Origin: a virus
Direction: 5' to 3' (one strand)
IMG/VR virus record: IMGVR_UViG_3300028048_000073
Span: 1-62,659 of that record
DNA length: 62,659 nucleotides
Notes under the pieces: generated by a model
The model's database searches: none
Told to the model about the DNA's origin: nothing
Seen by the model: the letters and a program-made list of their open reading frames with translations, nothing else
Program-made: the position numbers and the translations under genes
Shown here: piece after piece, positions 1 to 7,921 of the stretch
Numbering within the stretch: position 1 is the stretch's first letter
How the letters are laid out: each line of letters begins with the position of its first letter

Positions 1-96
1 TATGTTCTCATTCGTTAATATAAAAATTGTCATATTATCATCTCCTATTGTTTTGGGTGCGGGATACCTCGTGTTCCGAGGTATCCCCATTTTGTT

Positions 97-291
97 TTAA
101 TTGAGTGTGTCCACTTTGTAGGTTACTTCTTCAAAAGTAACCTCGCCCCACTCAAACGTGTCCTCTGCGTCTCTGAATTCTTCATCAACCTTTGCTCTTG
201 CTTCTTCGTAAGTGTCATATGCGCCGAGTATTTCAGCGTTTTCATACTCCGAGCATTTCCAAGCTACCCACTTCATTAACTTAACTTTCAT
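97..291 (-). CDS. small acidic hypothetical protein (early gene)
   Basis: 64-aa ORF; AAAGGTGG RBS 9 nt upstream of ATG; own consensus promoter upstream (314-342). Confidence 0.5.
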   Translation of the reverse strand: MKVKLMKWVAWKCSEYENAEILGAYDTYEEARAKVDEEFRDAEDTFEWGEVTFEEVTYKVDTLN

Positions 292-313
292 TTTGTGTTA
301 CCACCTTTCTTTA

Positions 314-342
314 TTGTGTCTATATTATAACACATCTTTTTT
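314..342 (-). promoter_or_regulatory. sigma-70-type promoter, minus strand: TTGACA-17nt-TATAAT
   Basis: Reverse complement reads TTGACAaataaaaaaagatgtgtTATAAT. The hexamers match consensus perfectly and the spacer is exactly 17 nt. Confidence 0.6.
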
Positions 343-384
343 TATTTGTCAATAGGTTTTTTGAAAAAAAATTAAAAAATTTTC

Positions 385-402
385 AGAGGGCTTTCGCCCT
401 CT
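385..402 (-). terminator. rho-independent terminator hairpin (agagggc-tttc-gccctct) followed by T-run on minus strand
   Basis: 7-bp GC-rich stem overlapping stop of 402..653 gene, T-rich tract downstream in transcription direction. Confidence 0.5.
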
Positions 403-653
403 TACTTATTCCAGATTTCAATTATACAATCCTTAATTTCCTCAAAGTCGCTCAGCTTTGAGTTTAACGTGCAGATTATGTTACAAATCAGACCGCCGAT
501 AAGCACTTTTGGAAGCGTGAGCAGGTCAGCTTCAAAGAAGAAGTTAGCAAGGAAAAGAACGATTGAAGAACAGATACAACCCATTGCATAAGTAAGACCT
601 GCGTCAACAAGAACGGCAAGAGAAATTGCGAATACCTTTTTTACTGTTTTCAT
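402..653 (-). CDS. small hydrophobic/membrane hypothetical protein (early gene)
   Basis: ORF track 402..665 trimmed to ATG at 653 (MKTVKK...) preceded by AAAAGGTGG RBS; two predicted hydrophobic segments. Confidence 0.5.
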   Translation of the reverse strand: MKTVKKVFAISLAVLVDAGLTYAMGCICSSIVLFLANFFFEADLLTLPKVLIGGLICNIICTLNSKLSDFEEIKDCIIEIWNK

Positions 654-705
654 AATTAAAACCACCTTTTATTTTATTTGGGCTTTTCCTTAACCCTGTA
701 ATTAT

Positions 706-734
706 ATTATACAGCATATCGAGCGGAAAGTCAA
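706..734 (-). promoter_or_regulatory. sigma-70-type promoter, minus strand: TTGACT-17nt-TATAAT
   Basis: RC reads TTGACTttccgctcgatatgctgTATAAT upstream of the 402..653 gene. Confidence 0.55.
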
Positions 735-851
735 TAGTTTTAAGTGTAAAAGAATGTAAAAATATTTCGATGTTTTTTGTGCATTTTGCTAAAGCTGTAA
801 TAATAAAAAAATGAGCGGCTCACCGTGGCAATGGCTCACCGCTCCGCATAC

Positions 852-1031
852 TCAACTTACAAGTAAAGCAAGGACAATTACAAGTGCGTCATCTGCCATC
901 TCCGCAAAGAAACGGAGAATTTTCTTTACTGCGTTTATTACCTGCGTATCGTACTTTTCAAGCAATGTTGCAAGCCCGAAGCCCACAAACACAATAGCAA
1001 TGATAATCCACATTCTAACAAACCAACTCAT
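852..1031 (-). CDS. small membrane hypothetical protein (early gene)
   Basis: 59-aa ORF starting MSWFVRMW with AAAGGTGG RBS; single TM-like hydrophobic N-terminus; track ORF 852..1172 trimmed to RBS-supported ATG. Confidence 0.45.
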   Translation of the reverse strand: MSWFVRMWIIIAIVFVGFGLATLLEKYDTQVINAVKKILRFFAEMADDALVIVLALLVS

Positions 1032-1079
1032 ATTTATTACCACCTTTTCAAATTTCGTAATCTCTTGATTACATATATT

Positions 1080-1108
1080 ATTATATACTATTTTTTTAGA
1101 CTTTTCAA
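1080..1108 (-). promoter_or_regulatory. promoter, minus strand: TTGAAA-17nt-TATAAT
   Basis: RC reads TTGAAAagtctaaaaaaatagtaTATAAT. A TTTTGCACAAAA motif lies about 55 nt further upstream. Confidence 0.45.
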
Positions 1109-1192
1109 TAGGCAGAATACACAAATTTGACCTAAATTTTTTGTGCAAAATTATGTTCGATTTTTGCGGCAAAAAGAAAAGGGCTTGCGCCC

Positions 1193-1390
1193 TTATTCTT
1201 CTACAAATCTTCGATCAAGTCTCATTTCTGTAACTGTGTGTCCTTGCAGTTCAAGTAATTCGTACTCTCTCATAAGAGCCTTTTTAGCGTTTTTCTCTGT
1301 GCGAAAAACACCGAGCAGGTTATCAACCTCAAATTCATCGCCGAAACTGTCAAAACCTTCAAACTTTATTCTTGCTACATAAACCATCAT
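1193..1390 (-). CDS. small hypothetical protein (early gene)
   Basis: 65-aa ORF, AAAGGTGG RBS 9 nt before ATG, terminator hairpin aagggcttgcgccctt just downstream. Confidence 0.45.
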   Translation of the reverse strand: MMVYVARIKFEGFDSFGDEFEVDNLLGVFRTEKNAKKALMREYELLELQGHTVTEMRLDRRFVEE

Positions 1391-1442
1391 AATTCTTTAC
1401 CACCTTTTAGATTTTTTAGGGTTTGTCGTTCCCTGTGATTAT

Positions 1443-1471
1443 ATAATAGCACATTTCAAAGCAAATTGCAA
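1443..1471 (-). promoter_or_regulatory. promoter, minus strand: TTGCAA-17nt-TATTAT
   Basis: RC reads TTGCAAtttgctttgaaatgtgcTATTAT. It is preceded by the conserved 21-mer TTTTGTGCAAAACGTAGAAAC. Confidence 0.45.
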
Positions 1472-1590
1472 GCCTTTTGACAAAACTTTTTTTGTTTCTA
1501 CGTTTTGCACAAAAGTACAGTAATTTTTTGTATATCTTGCTATTGAGCCACTGCACGCCTTTAGTACTTTAAAGCGCTAAAGCGGCAGCG

Positions 1591-1627
1591 GCACAAAAAG
1601 AAAAAAGCGGCTTATTTTGCCGCCGCT
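1591..1627 (-). terminator. rho-independent terminator for the 1612..1839 gene
   Basis: gcggc...gccgc stem followed by a T-run on the minus strand. Confidence 0.45.
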
Positions 1628-1839
1628 CTTTTCTGTATTCCTGCATATCTCTTTTGAAGTGCGTTTATTGTTCTCACGCCCGTATTTATTGCCGCTCTTG
1701 CTTTGAACGCTTCAAATTCGCTCATGTTTTCAACTTCTGCGTTCATCTCTCCGAGTATCTCATACAGTCTGTTGACGTTTCCCGTCGTTCTTGCTTCTTC
1801 AATTTCCTGCATTGCTCTCTCAATCATTGTTTCAAACAT
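1612..1839 (-). CDS. small hypothetical protein (early gene)
   Basis: Track ORF 1612..1851 trimmed to ATG at 1839 (MFETMIE...). The GTG at 1851 lies inside the AAAGGTGG RBS itself. Confidence 0.45.
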   Translation of the reverse strand: MFETMIERAMQEIEEARTTGNVNRLYEILGEMNAEVENMSEFEAFKARAAINTGVRTINALQKRYAGIQKRAAAK

Positions 1840-1889
1840 TGTGTTTACCACCTTTTCAAAATTTGTTGTTGTTGTCTTTCGACACTATT

Positions 1890-1918
1890 ATAATATCACA
1901 TATCAACCTTAATTGCAA
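1890..1918 (-). promoter_or_regulatory. promoter, minus strand: TTGCAA-17nt-TATTAT
   Basis: RC reads TTGCAAttaaggttgatatgtgaTATTAT. It is preceded by a second copy of the conserved 21-mer (1941-1961). Confidence 0.45.
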
Positions 1919-1939
1919 TACTTTTGACCCAATTTTTTT

Positions 1940-2520
1940 CGTTTCTACGTTTTGCACAAAAAACAGGCAGCGGATTTGTTCATTTTGCTAAGTCAATATA
2001 CAAGTTGCACAAAGATTTTTTAGTGTAAAAAGTGTCGTCATTTTGCACAAAAGCTCTTTGTGCAACTTTAACAAAAAAGGCAGCGGCATTTTGTGCAAGT
2101 TGCTAAGTCAATGGGCAAAATGCACAAAACTTTTGTTCGATAAAAACCTCCGTCAAAATGCACAAAAAAGGTTACAAAGTTTTCCACATATTACAGAGTT
2201 GTAACCTTTTTTGTGCATTTTGACGGAGGTTTTCCACAGGGCAGCGGCTCAGAATATTTTTGTGCAAAATGCTGAAAATAGTTACAATTTTGTTACCTTT
2301 GTAACTTTTAAAAAATTACAATTATTACAATTTTGTAACTATTTTCTACGTTTTGCACAAAAAATGGGCAGCGGCAAGGCAAAATTTTGTGCAAATCGCC
2401 AAAAATTGTTACAAAATTGTAACTTATTACAATTTTGTTACTTTTGGGAAGTTACAAACCTGTAACTATATTTGTGCAAAATGCACAAAAATTTCATTAT
2501 GAAATTTTTGTGCAAAATGA
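1940..2520. repeat. noncoding block dense in operator/iteron-like repeats: TTTTGTGCAA / TGCACAAAA, GTTACA-N4-TGTAAC, GGCAGCGGC, TGCTAAGTCAAT
   Basis: At least 16 copies of the TTGTGCA(A/T) decamer in both orientations and about 5 GTTACA..TGTAAC inverted repeats. There is no ORF with an RBS in the block. Confidence 0.7.
2143..2233. repeat. perfect 35-bp inverted repeat (arms 2143-2177 and 2199-2233) with 21-nt loop
   Basis: Left arm aaaacctccgtcaaaatgcacaaaaaaggttacaa is the exact reverse complement of the right arm. U-runs flank both sides. Confidence 0.8.
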
Positions 2521-2556
2521 CGGGTCGCATCTATATGGCGCGAGCGCCAGCGACCC
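2521..2556 (-). terminator. GC-rich hairpin (gggtcgc...gcgaccc, nested ggcgc-ga-gcgcc) plus T-run on the minus strand; terminator for the 2705..2875 gene
   Basis: seen directly; the stem is the most GC-rich 36 nt in the region. Confidence 0.45.
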
Positions 2557-2704
2557 GAGGAGGCATTTTTTGACGTGTGCACTTTTGTCGTTTTGGGAAA
2601 CAATCATTATGTTGTTGTGTGTGCTTTTGCTCTTTGTTTTTTCTTCATTGTGCTTAGTCTGTACATCTTCGAGCTAAGGCCATGTGGCCTCAACCCTTGC
2701 GATG

Positions 2705-2875
2705 TTATCCTAAGAAGTATGCCTTGAGTACCTTATAGCATAGGTCAGCATTTTCTTTTCCTGTTTCTGAATCGTCTTCTGCAAATCCATTCATTGCTGC
2801 TTTGATTAATTCCTCAACAGAAATAAAAGATAACAACATCTGCAATGCTACTACATTATTGATGTTATTATACAT
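2705..2875 (-). CDS. 56-aa hypothetical protein (early gene, absent from the ORF track)
   Basis: ATG preceded by AAAGGAGA RBS; a perfect TTGACA-17-TATAAT promoter lies about 40 nt upstream; translation MYNNINNVVALQMLLSFISVEELIKAAMNGFAEDDSETGKENADLCYKVLKAYFLG. Confidence 0.45.
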   Translation of the reverse strand: MYNNINNVVALQMLLSFISVEELIKAAMNGFAEDDSETGKENADLCYKVLKAYFLG

Positions 2876-2910
2876 AATGATTGTTTCTCCTTTCTTTTGT
2901 TGTTATATAT

Positions 2911-2939
2911 ATTATAACATATATTTTATATGTTGTCAA
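2911..2939 (-). promoter_or_regulatory. sigma-70-type promoter, minus strand: TTGACA-17nt-TATAAT
   Basis: RC reads TTGACAacatataaaatatatgtTATAAT. Confidence 0.55.
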
Positions 2940-3585
2940 TGTGTTGTATCTATTGTGTTGTTGTGTGTGTTGTATATATGTATGTGTTGTGTGCGTTATT
3001 GTATGTGTGTTGTTGTATATATGTTTATGTTGTTGTATCTGTTGTTGTTGTGTTTATTATGTTATTATGTTATTGTTGTGTTAATGTTGTTGTGCTCTTT
3101 GTTGTGTGTGTTGTTACTGTTATGTACGTGTGTGTATGTCTATGTAGCTGTGTGTATATGCGTATATATGTATGTATATATGTTATAACAATAGTGTTGT
3201 TATGTATATGTATGTATATTAGTATGTGTGTATGTATTGTAGTGTATATTATTATGTTATTATGTGTATGTATTATTGTGTATGTTATGTTGTTGTATTG
3301 TATGTGTTTATGTATATTATTGTATGTGTTGTTATGTTGTATGTGTTTGTACATAAGTACATTGTGTTGTTATATGTCTGTGTAGATATGTATTGTTGTA
3401 TATCTATGTTGTTGTTGTATTATTTTATATTGTATTATTGTGTATATTGTTGTGTATGTTATTGTGTTATGTTTATTATATTGCTGTGTATGTTATGTGT
3501 TAGTGTTGTTGTGCTTGTCTCTTTATGTGTTGGTGTAGTTATAGTGTTATGTTGTTGTGTGCGTGGATAAGTGTGCGTGAGTAGC
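2925..3585. repeat. about 660-bp low-complexity GT-rich, C-depleted tract of degenerate TGT/TAT/GTT triplets with short (TG)n runs
   Basis: The plus strand is almost only G, T and A over 650 nt. There is no regular repeat unit and no credible ORF. Confidence 0.8.
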
Positions 3586-4252
3586 TGCTATGTGGCATCA
3601 TCTAAGCAAGTACTGCCGCATTTTATTCACCGTATTTTTATACCTCTTATTATCTCTTTCTATTGGTCTTAGCAATAGAACAATACAATATAATCTTATG
3701 TATTTATGCGCGCGTTCGGTTTGTATATCCTCGCACAAGTTTGGTTCATTACGAAACGGCTGCCCGCGCCTCAATATATACTCCATTATTTTCTCACTAT
3801 TGTTCTTCCACAAATGTTGTAATAAATATCCTTCATTAATAATATCATTCAAAATTTTTAAATAGTTTTATCAATACTCTTTAAATGTTTTTATACCTTT
3901 AAATAATTTATTAAGATAATTGTTTATAAAGCAAAATTTATTTAATTGTTTTTATTTATTTATGGCAGCGGCAAATATAAAAAGAAAATAAAACATAATG
4001 CGCTTGCTTTTGTGGCAGGTGTATTAAATAAACGGCTTACTTTTGTGGGAGGGTCCTAGGTGAACGGAGCCAAGAAAAAAAGTCTTCAGCTTCGTGACGT
4101 ACCGGGGGTATATTTTGGGATAATAAATTTGATTTTCTAAAAAATTTAATTTACCACGCACTTTCCGACAGCAAAAGTTTTTTCGTTTTAAAAAAGCGAA
4201 GCATATTTTCTAAACACCAATAACGAAAAATTTTTAAATCAATTAAATATTC

Positions 4253-4281
4253 TTGACATTGCGAAAAATTTTTGATATAAT
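4253..4281 (+). promoter_or_regulatory. sigma-70-type promoter with extended -10: TTGACA-17nt-tgaTATAAT
   Basis: Perfect hexamers; 27 of 30 positions are identical to the promoter at 21113. Confidence 0.6.
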
Positions 4282-4307
4282 AGGGATAGGAAAGGAGGGA
4301 ACGAAAA

Positions 4308-5384
4308 TTGGACAATTCAAAACAACACATTCCCCTTGATTACTCAATCACAGACCCAAAAGAAAGAAAGAAACTTGTTGATAAAATCCTTGCAGAGAAT
4401 CCAAATCCCTCCAAGCAATATTTAGAAATTTTATCAGATTACATCGTTTTAGCAATGACCAAAGAAGAAAAAAAAGAAAAGAAAATCCTTACAGATAATC
4501 GCATGGTAACTGTCAACAAGCGCGAAACCTCTTATCAAGGGCTTGTATCTAAACTTGAAAATGGCGAAGATGGCTTATACCATATGATGGGCGGCAATGA
4601 TAAAAACATCATTTTAACCCCCAAAATAAGTATTACTAAAAAAGACCTTGATGAAATACCTGCACTTCAACAAATGCGCAAAGATATCGAATATTGGAAA
4701 GAAAAAGAAAAAACTGCGGTGGGCAAAGACCGTTATATCATTAAAAAAACAATCATTGAACTTTCACAAGACCAATATATCGTCAAAAGTGCTTTTCGTA
4801 ATCCCATTATAACTCAAAACACCGTAAAAACAGAACACAAAATTGATTTTGGTGAAAACTATTATATCGACGCGGAAGGCAATATTCAAAGTGATGGTCT
4901 TGTCACCCTTCTCAATCCTCAGCACGTCTCTGCCATTCTCTGCAATTATAATTTATTCAGATGCGGCGACTCAGGTAAAGACCTCACAGACCTAGTAGAT
5001 GAGCTTGACAAACTTATTGATCAAACACTTAAAGACGACTATCCTTTCTATTATGACCTTGTTTGGCTTAAAATAGATGGAATAAAAAATGCGGATATCC
5101 ACAAACAACTTAATGACAAACACGGCTACACCTACTCCGTCGAATATCTTTCAGCTTTGTGGCGCAAAAAAATCCCCAAACTTCTATCAGAGCAAGCGCA
5201 AGAAAATGCGCTTATCTGGTATTACACCGAAGTAGAACGCGGCAAGTGGAAACGTTGCTCTCGATGTGGCGAAGTCAAATTAGCGCACAGCCGTTTTTTC
5301 TCTCGAAATAAAACTGCATCCGATGGCTGGTATAGTGTATGCAAGTGCTGCCGCAACAAGAAAAAAGGAGCTGGGCAGAAATGA
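4308..5384 (+). CDS. hypothetical protein with C-terminal Cys4 zinc-ribbon; possible small terminase or DNA-binding packaging protein
   Basis: 358-aa ORF with TTG start after GGAAAGGAGGG RBS; CSRCG...CKCC motif at the C-terminus; first gene of the rightward block before terL. Confidence 0.5.
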   Translation: MDNSKQHIPLDYSITDPKERKKLVDKILAENPNPSKQYLEILSDYIVLAMTKEEKKEKKILTDNRMVTVNKRETSYQGLVSKLENGEDGLYHMMGGNDKNIILTPKISITKKDLDEIPALQQMRKDIEYWKEKEKTAVGKDRYIIKKTIIELSQDQYIVKSAFRNPIITQNTVKTEHKIDFGENYYIDAEGNIQSDGLVTLLNPQHVSAILCNYNLFRCGDSGKDLTDLVDELDKLIDQTLKDDYPFYYDLVWLKIDGIKNADIHKQLNDKHGYTYSVEYLSALWRKKIPKLLSEQAQENALIWYYTEVERGKWKRCSRCGEVKLAHSRFFSRNKTASDGWYSVCKCCRNKKKGAGQK

Positions 5385-5431
5385 TTAATCTTATTGCTAT
5401 TGCCTCTATTTAACACAAAGGAGATGATATA

Positions 5432-6691
5432 ATGCCGTTTTGTCAAAAATGTCAAAAGACACTTAAAGATGTGGCTTTTTATACATATAAAGATGGAACA
5501 AAAACAGAATTATGTAAGAAATGTTTAACAATGCACGTAGACCCCTATAAACCTGAAACTTTCCTTTGGATACTTGAAAAAATGGATATTCCGTGGCTTC
5601 CTTGGGAATGGAATCCTCTTGTGGCGAGGGCAGCCGCTAAAGGAAGCCAGTATGTTAGTGGTACCGCCATTATGGGCAAATACCTTGGAAAGATGCGGCT
5701 AGGTCAATGGGGAAAATTAGGTTGGGCGGATACAGAAAAAGAACAGGCGAAAAGAGACGCCTTAAGAGCTGAATACACTATTGTTCATGGCGAAGCACCA
5801 AAAGATAAGGAAACTCTTCATCAGCAATATATTGATGGAGAAATAACAGAAGCTCAATATAAGACTATGCTGCCAGAAGAATTAGTCGTGCCGCCACCAC
5901 CTGAAGCACCCCCAGAGCCAGTAGACCCTTATAAAGAAAACGATTTTCTGGATGAAGTGGAAAGTCCTGCGGCTCAACTATCTCAAGAAGATAAAATTTA
6001 TTTAGCCATGAAGTGGGGCAGAAATTATCATGCTGAACAGTGGATAAAGCTTGACCGTATGTATGAAGAGATGTCTAATTCTTTTGATATATCAGATGCG
6101 GATTCTAAGATAAATTTGCGGCAGCTCTGTAAGACATGGCTGAAAGCTGAAGAAGCTATTGATATGGGTGATATTGATAGTTATCAAAAGCTCAATAGAG
6201 TTGCGGAAAGCCAACGTAAAAGTGGTAATTTTACTGCCGCACAAAATAAAAAAGAAAAAGATGACTTAGTAGATTGTGTTGGAAATCTTGTTGCCTATTG
6301 CGAGCGGGAAGGCGGAAAGATTCCTCGTTTCGATATATCTGCGCCAAGAGATCTCGTTGATAAAGAAATTCAAGACCAAAAAGATTATATTCATGCGCTC
6401 ATATATGAAGATAAGGCATTGGCACAGCAGATAGAAACTTATCTAAAGAAACGTGAACTATTGGATGAAAAAGTGCGGAAGAAGCTGCTCGAGCGCGCGG
6501 GAATCAAAGAAGACGACGAACTTAACGATGATGACTTTATGGATAGATTCAATGAAATTTCTCGTGAAGTTGAGCATGACTTAGCCGTTCAATCTGGTTC
6601 TATTGATAATGAAGACAATGATGAAAAATCAGTAGAGGGAGATGATGAATATGGCTTTGTCGGATTTGACAGCCCTCTACGACAAGTATGA
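5432..6691 (+). CDS. hypothetical protein with N-terminal zinc-ribbon (CQKC...CKKC) and acidic coiled-coil C-terminus; small terminase candidate
   Basis: 419-aa ORF, AGGAGATG RBS, 3-prime end overlaps the terL start. Confidence 0.5.
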   Translation: MPFCQKCQKTLKDVAFYTYKDGTKTELCKKCLTMHVDPYKPETFLWILEKMDIPWLPWEWNPLVARAAAKGSQYVSGTAIMGKYLGKMRLGQWGKLGWADTEKEQAKRDALRAEYTIVHGEAPKDKETLHQQYIDGEITEAQYKTMLPEELVVPPPPEAPPEPVDPYKENDFLDEVESPAAQLSQEDKIYLAMKWGRNYHAEQWIKLDRMYEEMSNSFDISDADSKINLRQLCKTWLKAEEAIDMGDIDSYQKLNRVAESQRKSGNFTAAQNKKEKDDLVDCVGNLVAYCEREGGKIPRFDISAPRDLVDKEIQDQKDYIHALIYEDKALAQQIETYLKKRELLDEKVRKKLLERAGIKEDDELNDDDFMDRFNEISREVEHDLAVQSGSIDNEDNDEKSVEGDDEYGFVGFDSPLRQV

Positions 6692-6987
6692 GTCCAAAAT
6701 AGGAATGTCGGAAGAACGCTTAAAAGAGCAACTTCCAAATTTAAGAAAATTAATTAGTTTTTTTAGAGAATATCCAGATTTATTTGTAGACTTCATGAAA
6801 GGCGAGAAGAGCACTTTTAAGTTCTATTATTATCAAAGAGTATTTATAAGAATGGTGGCGCGGCATCGATACGTTTATGCGACGTATCCGAGGGCCTTCA
6901 GCAAAAGCTTCTTGTCGGTATTAGTGCTAATGTTGAGGGCAGTTCTTTTTCCTGGTTCTCATTTGTTTGTAACTACGGGCGGTAAAT
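6642..6987 (+). CDS. terL: large terminase subunit, exon 1 (T4 gp17-like ATPase N-terminus including Walker-A-like PRAFSKS)
   Basis: FYYYQRVFIRM...YPRAFSKSF...FPGSHLFVTTGGK matches gp17 RDYQRDMLKIM...SRQLGKT...KAVGILAHKGS in order and spacing. Confidence 0.7.
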
Positions 6988-7921
6988 AATATAAAAAAGA
7001 AGGAGGAGCACATAGTGAGTGCAAAAAACGTCCTTAGATATTTTGATAAAATTAATACAGAAGAGAAAGCCTATTGGTTGGGTTTTTTATATGCAGATGG
7101 TTCTATTTCTTCCAAAGAAGATAAAATTGAATTAGGTTTAGCAGAGAAAGATTTACATCATATTGAAAAATTTAAACAAAGTTTACAATTACCAAATAAA
7201 ATATGTTATAGGGCTTCAACAAAATCTTATAGAATTAGCTTTAGAAGTCAATCATGTAAGCAAGATCTCATTAATAAAGGTTGTGTTCCTAAAAAATCTT
7301 TAATTCTAAAATTTCCAACAGAAAAACAAGTTCCTTTTTATCTTTTAAAACATTTTATTAGAGGATATTTTGATGGAGATGGATGGTTCACAAATACGTC
7401 TGATTGTTTTCAAGTTGGCATCATTGGAACACAGGACTTTATTCAAGGGTTTTTAAATGCAGTAGAAAACATTAATAAAACAAATAAAATTTTTAGTGTT
7501 CATAGAGAAAACGGTGCAAAAAGATACATATTTGGAGCTTATAATGATGTCTTAAATTTTTTAAATTGGATTTATAAAGATTCAACAATTTATTTAGATA
7601 GAAAATATGAATCTTATTTAGATTTTATTCAAAATGGAAGTAAATATCATAAATAATAATTTTTATATGCCGCCATATTAAAGTAATTTAATATAAGAAA
7701 ACTGCGGAATTAAGCGGGGAAGCTGAGATGCTAATCCGAACCGAAGGCCAATAAATAAAAGGATTGGTCAGGGGCAACGCATAGGGGGTGACGAAAGAAT
7801 AATCTCTCCACGAGGCCGCAGCTCCTTTGAAAGGATGAAAAGATATGCTAGACTTATACGAAAGCAAGTATAAGATTTTATGGATAAAAAGCCATAAAGA
7901 TAATATAATCGAAAGAACAAG
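6988..7921 (+). mobile_element. putative group I intron (about 934 nt) interrupting terL, carrying a LAGLIDADG homing-endonuclease ORF
   Basis: The two terL halves are in-frame homologues of contiguous gp17 sequence. The intervening sequence has stops, its own RBS, and a 3-prime 260 nt with P/Q/R/S-like core elements (attaagcggggaagc, taatccgaacc, ggtcaggggcaa, aagaataatctctcc). The modelled exon 1 ends in T and the modelled intron ends in G. Confidence 0.6.
7015..7656 (+). CDS. LAGLIDADG-family homing endonuclease (two motifs: LGFLYADGSI and IRGYFDGDGWF)
   Basis: 213-aa ORF inside the terL interruption, GTG start after GAAGGAGG RBS. Confidence 0.8.
   Translation: MSAKNVLRYFDKINTEEKAYWLGFLYADGSISSKEDKIELGLAEKDLHHIEKFKQSLQLPNKICYRASTKSYRISFRSQSCKQDLINKGCVPKKSLILKFPTEKQVPFYLLKHFIRGYFDGDGWFTNTSDCFQVGIIGTQDFIQGFLNAVENINKTNKIFSVHRENGAKRYIFGAYNDVLNFLNWIYKDSTIYLDRKYESYLDFIQNGSKYHK

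Noticed and set aside
811-1912. Plus-strand ORFs 811..1068, 1143..1382, 1654..1893 and 1703..1912
   Set aside because: They are antisense to, and overlap, the minus-strand genes that have AAAGGTGG ribosome-binding sites, consensus promoters and terminators. They lack an RBS and have low-complexity composition.
2211-2677. Plus-strand ORFs 2211..2465 and 2435..2677 in the inverted-repeat hub
   Set aside because: They run through palindromes and operator-like repeats, have no RBS, and have unusual composition. The region is better explained as regulatory or origin DNA.
2802-3570. Long plus-strand ORFs (128, 151, 114 aa) and a 94-aa minus ORF within the GT-rich tract
   Set aside because: Their translations are Cys/Val/Tyr/Leu or Thr/Ile/His low-complexity strings produced by the trinucleotide-like composition. 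They have no RBS and overlap in multiple frames, so they are artefacts of the repeat.
2925-3585. Possible CRISPR array or regular tandem-repeat array in the GT-rich region
   Set aside because: There is no constant repeat unit and no spacer periodicity, only degenerate TGT/TAT/GTT words. No cas genes are present.
3940-4140. tRNA or small structured RNA in the AT-rich spacer
   Set aside because: There is no T-loop (GGTTCGAAT-like) or acceptor-stem complementarity. Only GC-rich islands were seen, and these are reported as a possible packaging region instead.
6988-7921. Intein rather than intron as the terL interruption
   Set aside because: The insertion has in-frame stops right after exon 1, and its LAGLIDADG ORF has its own RBS and start in a different context. 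This is consistent with an RNA intron, not an in-frame protein splicing element.
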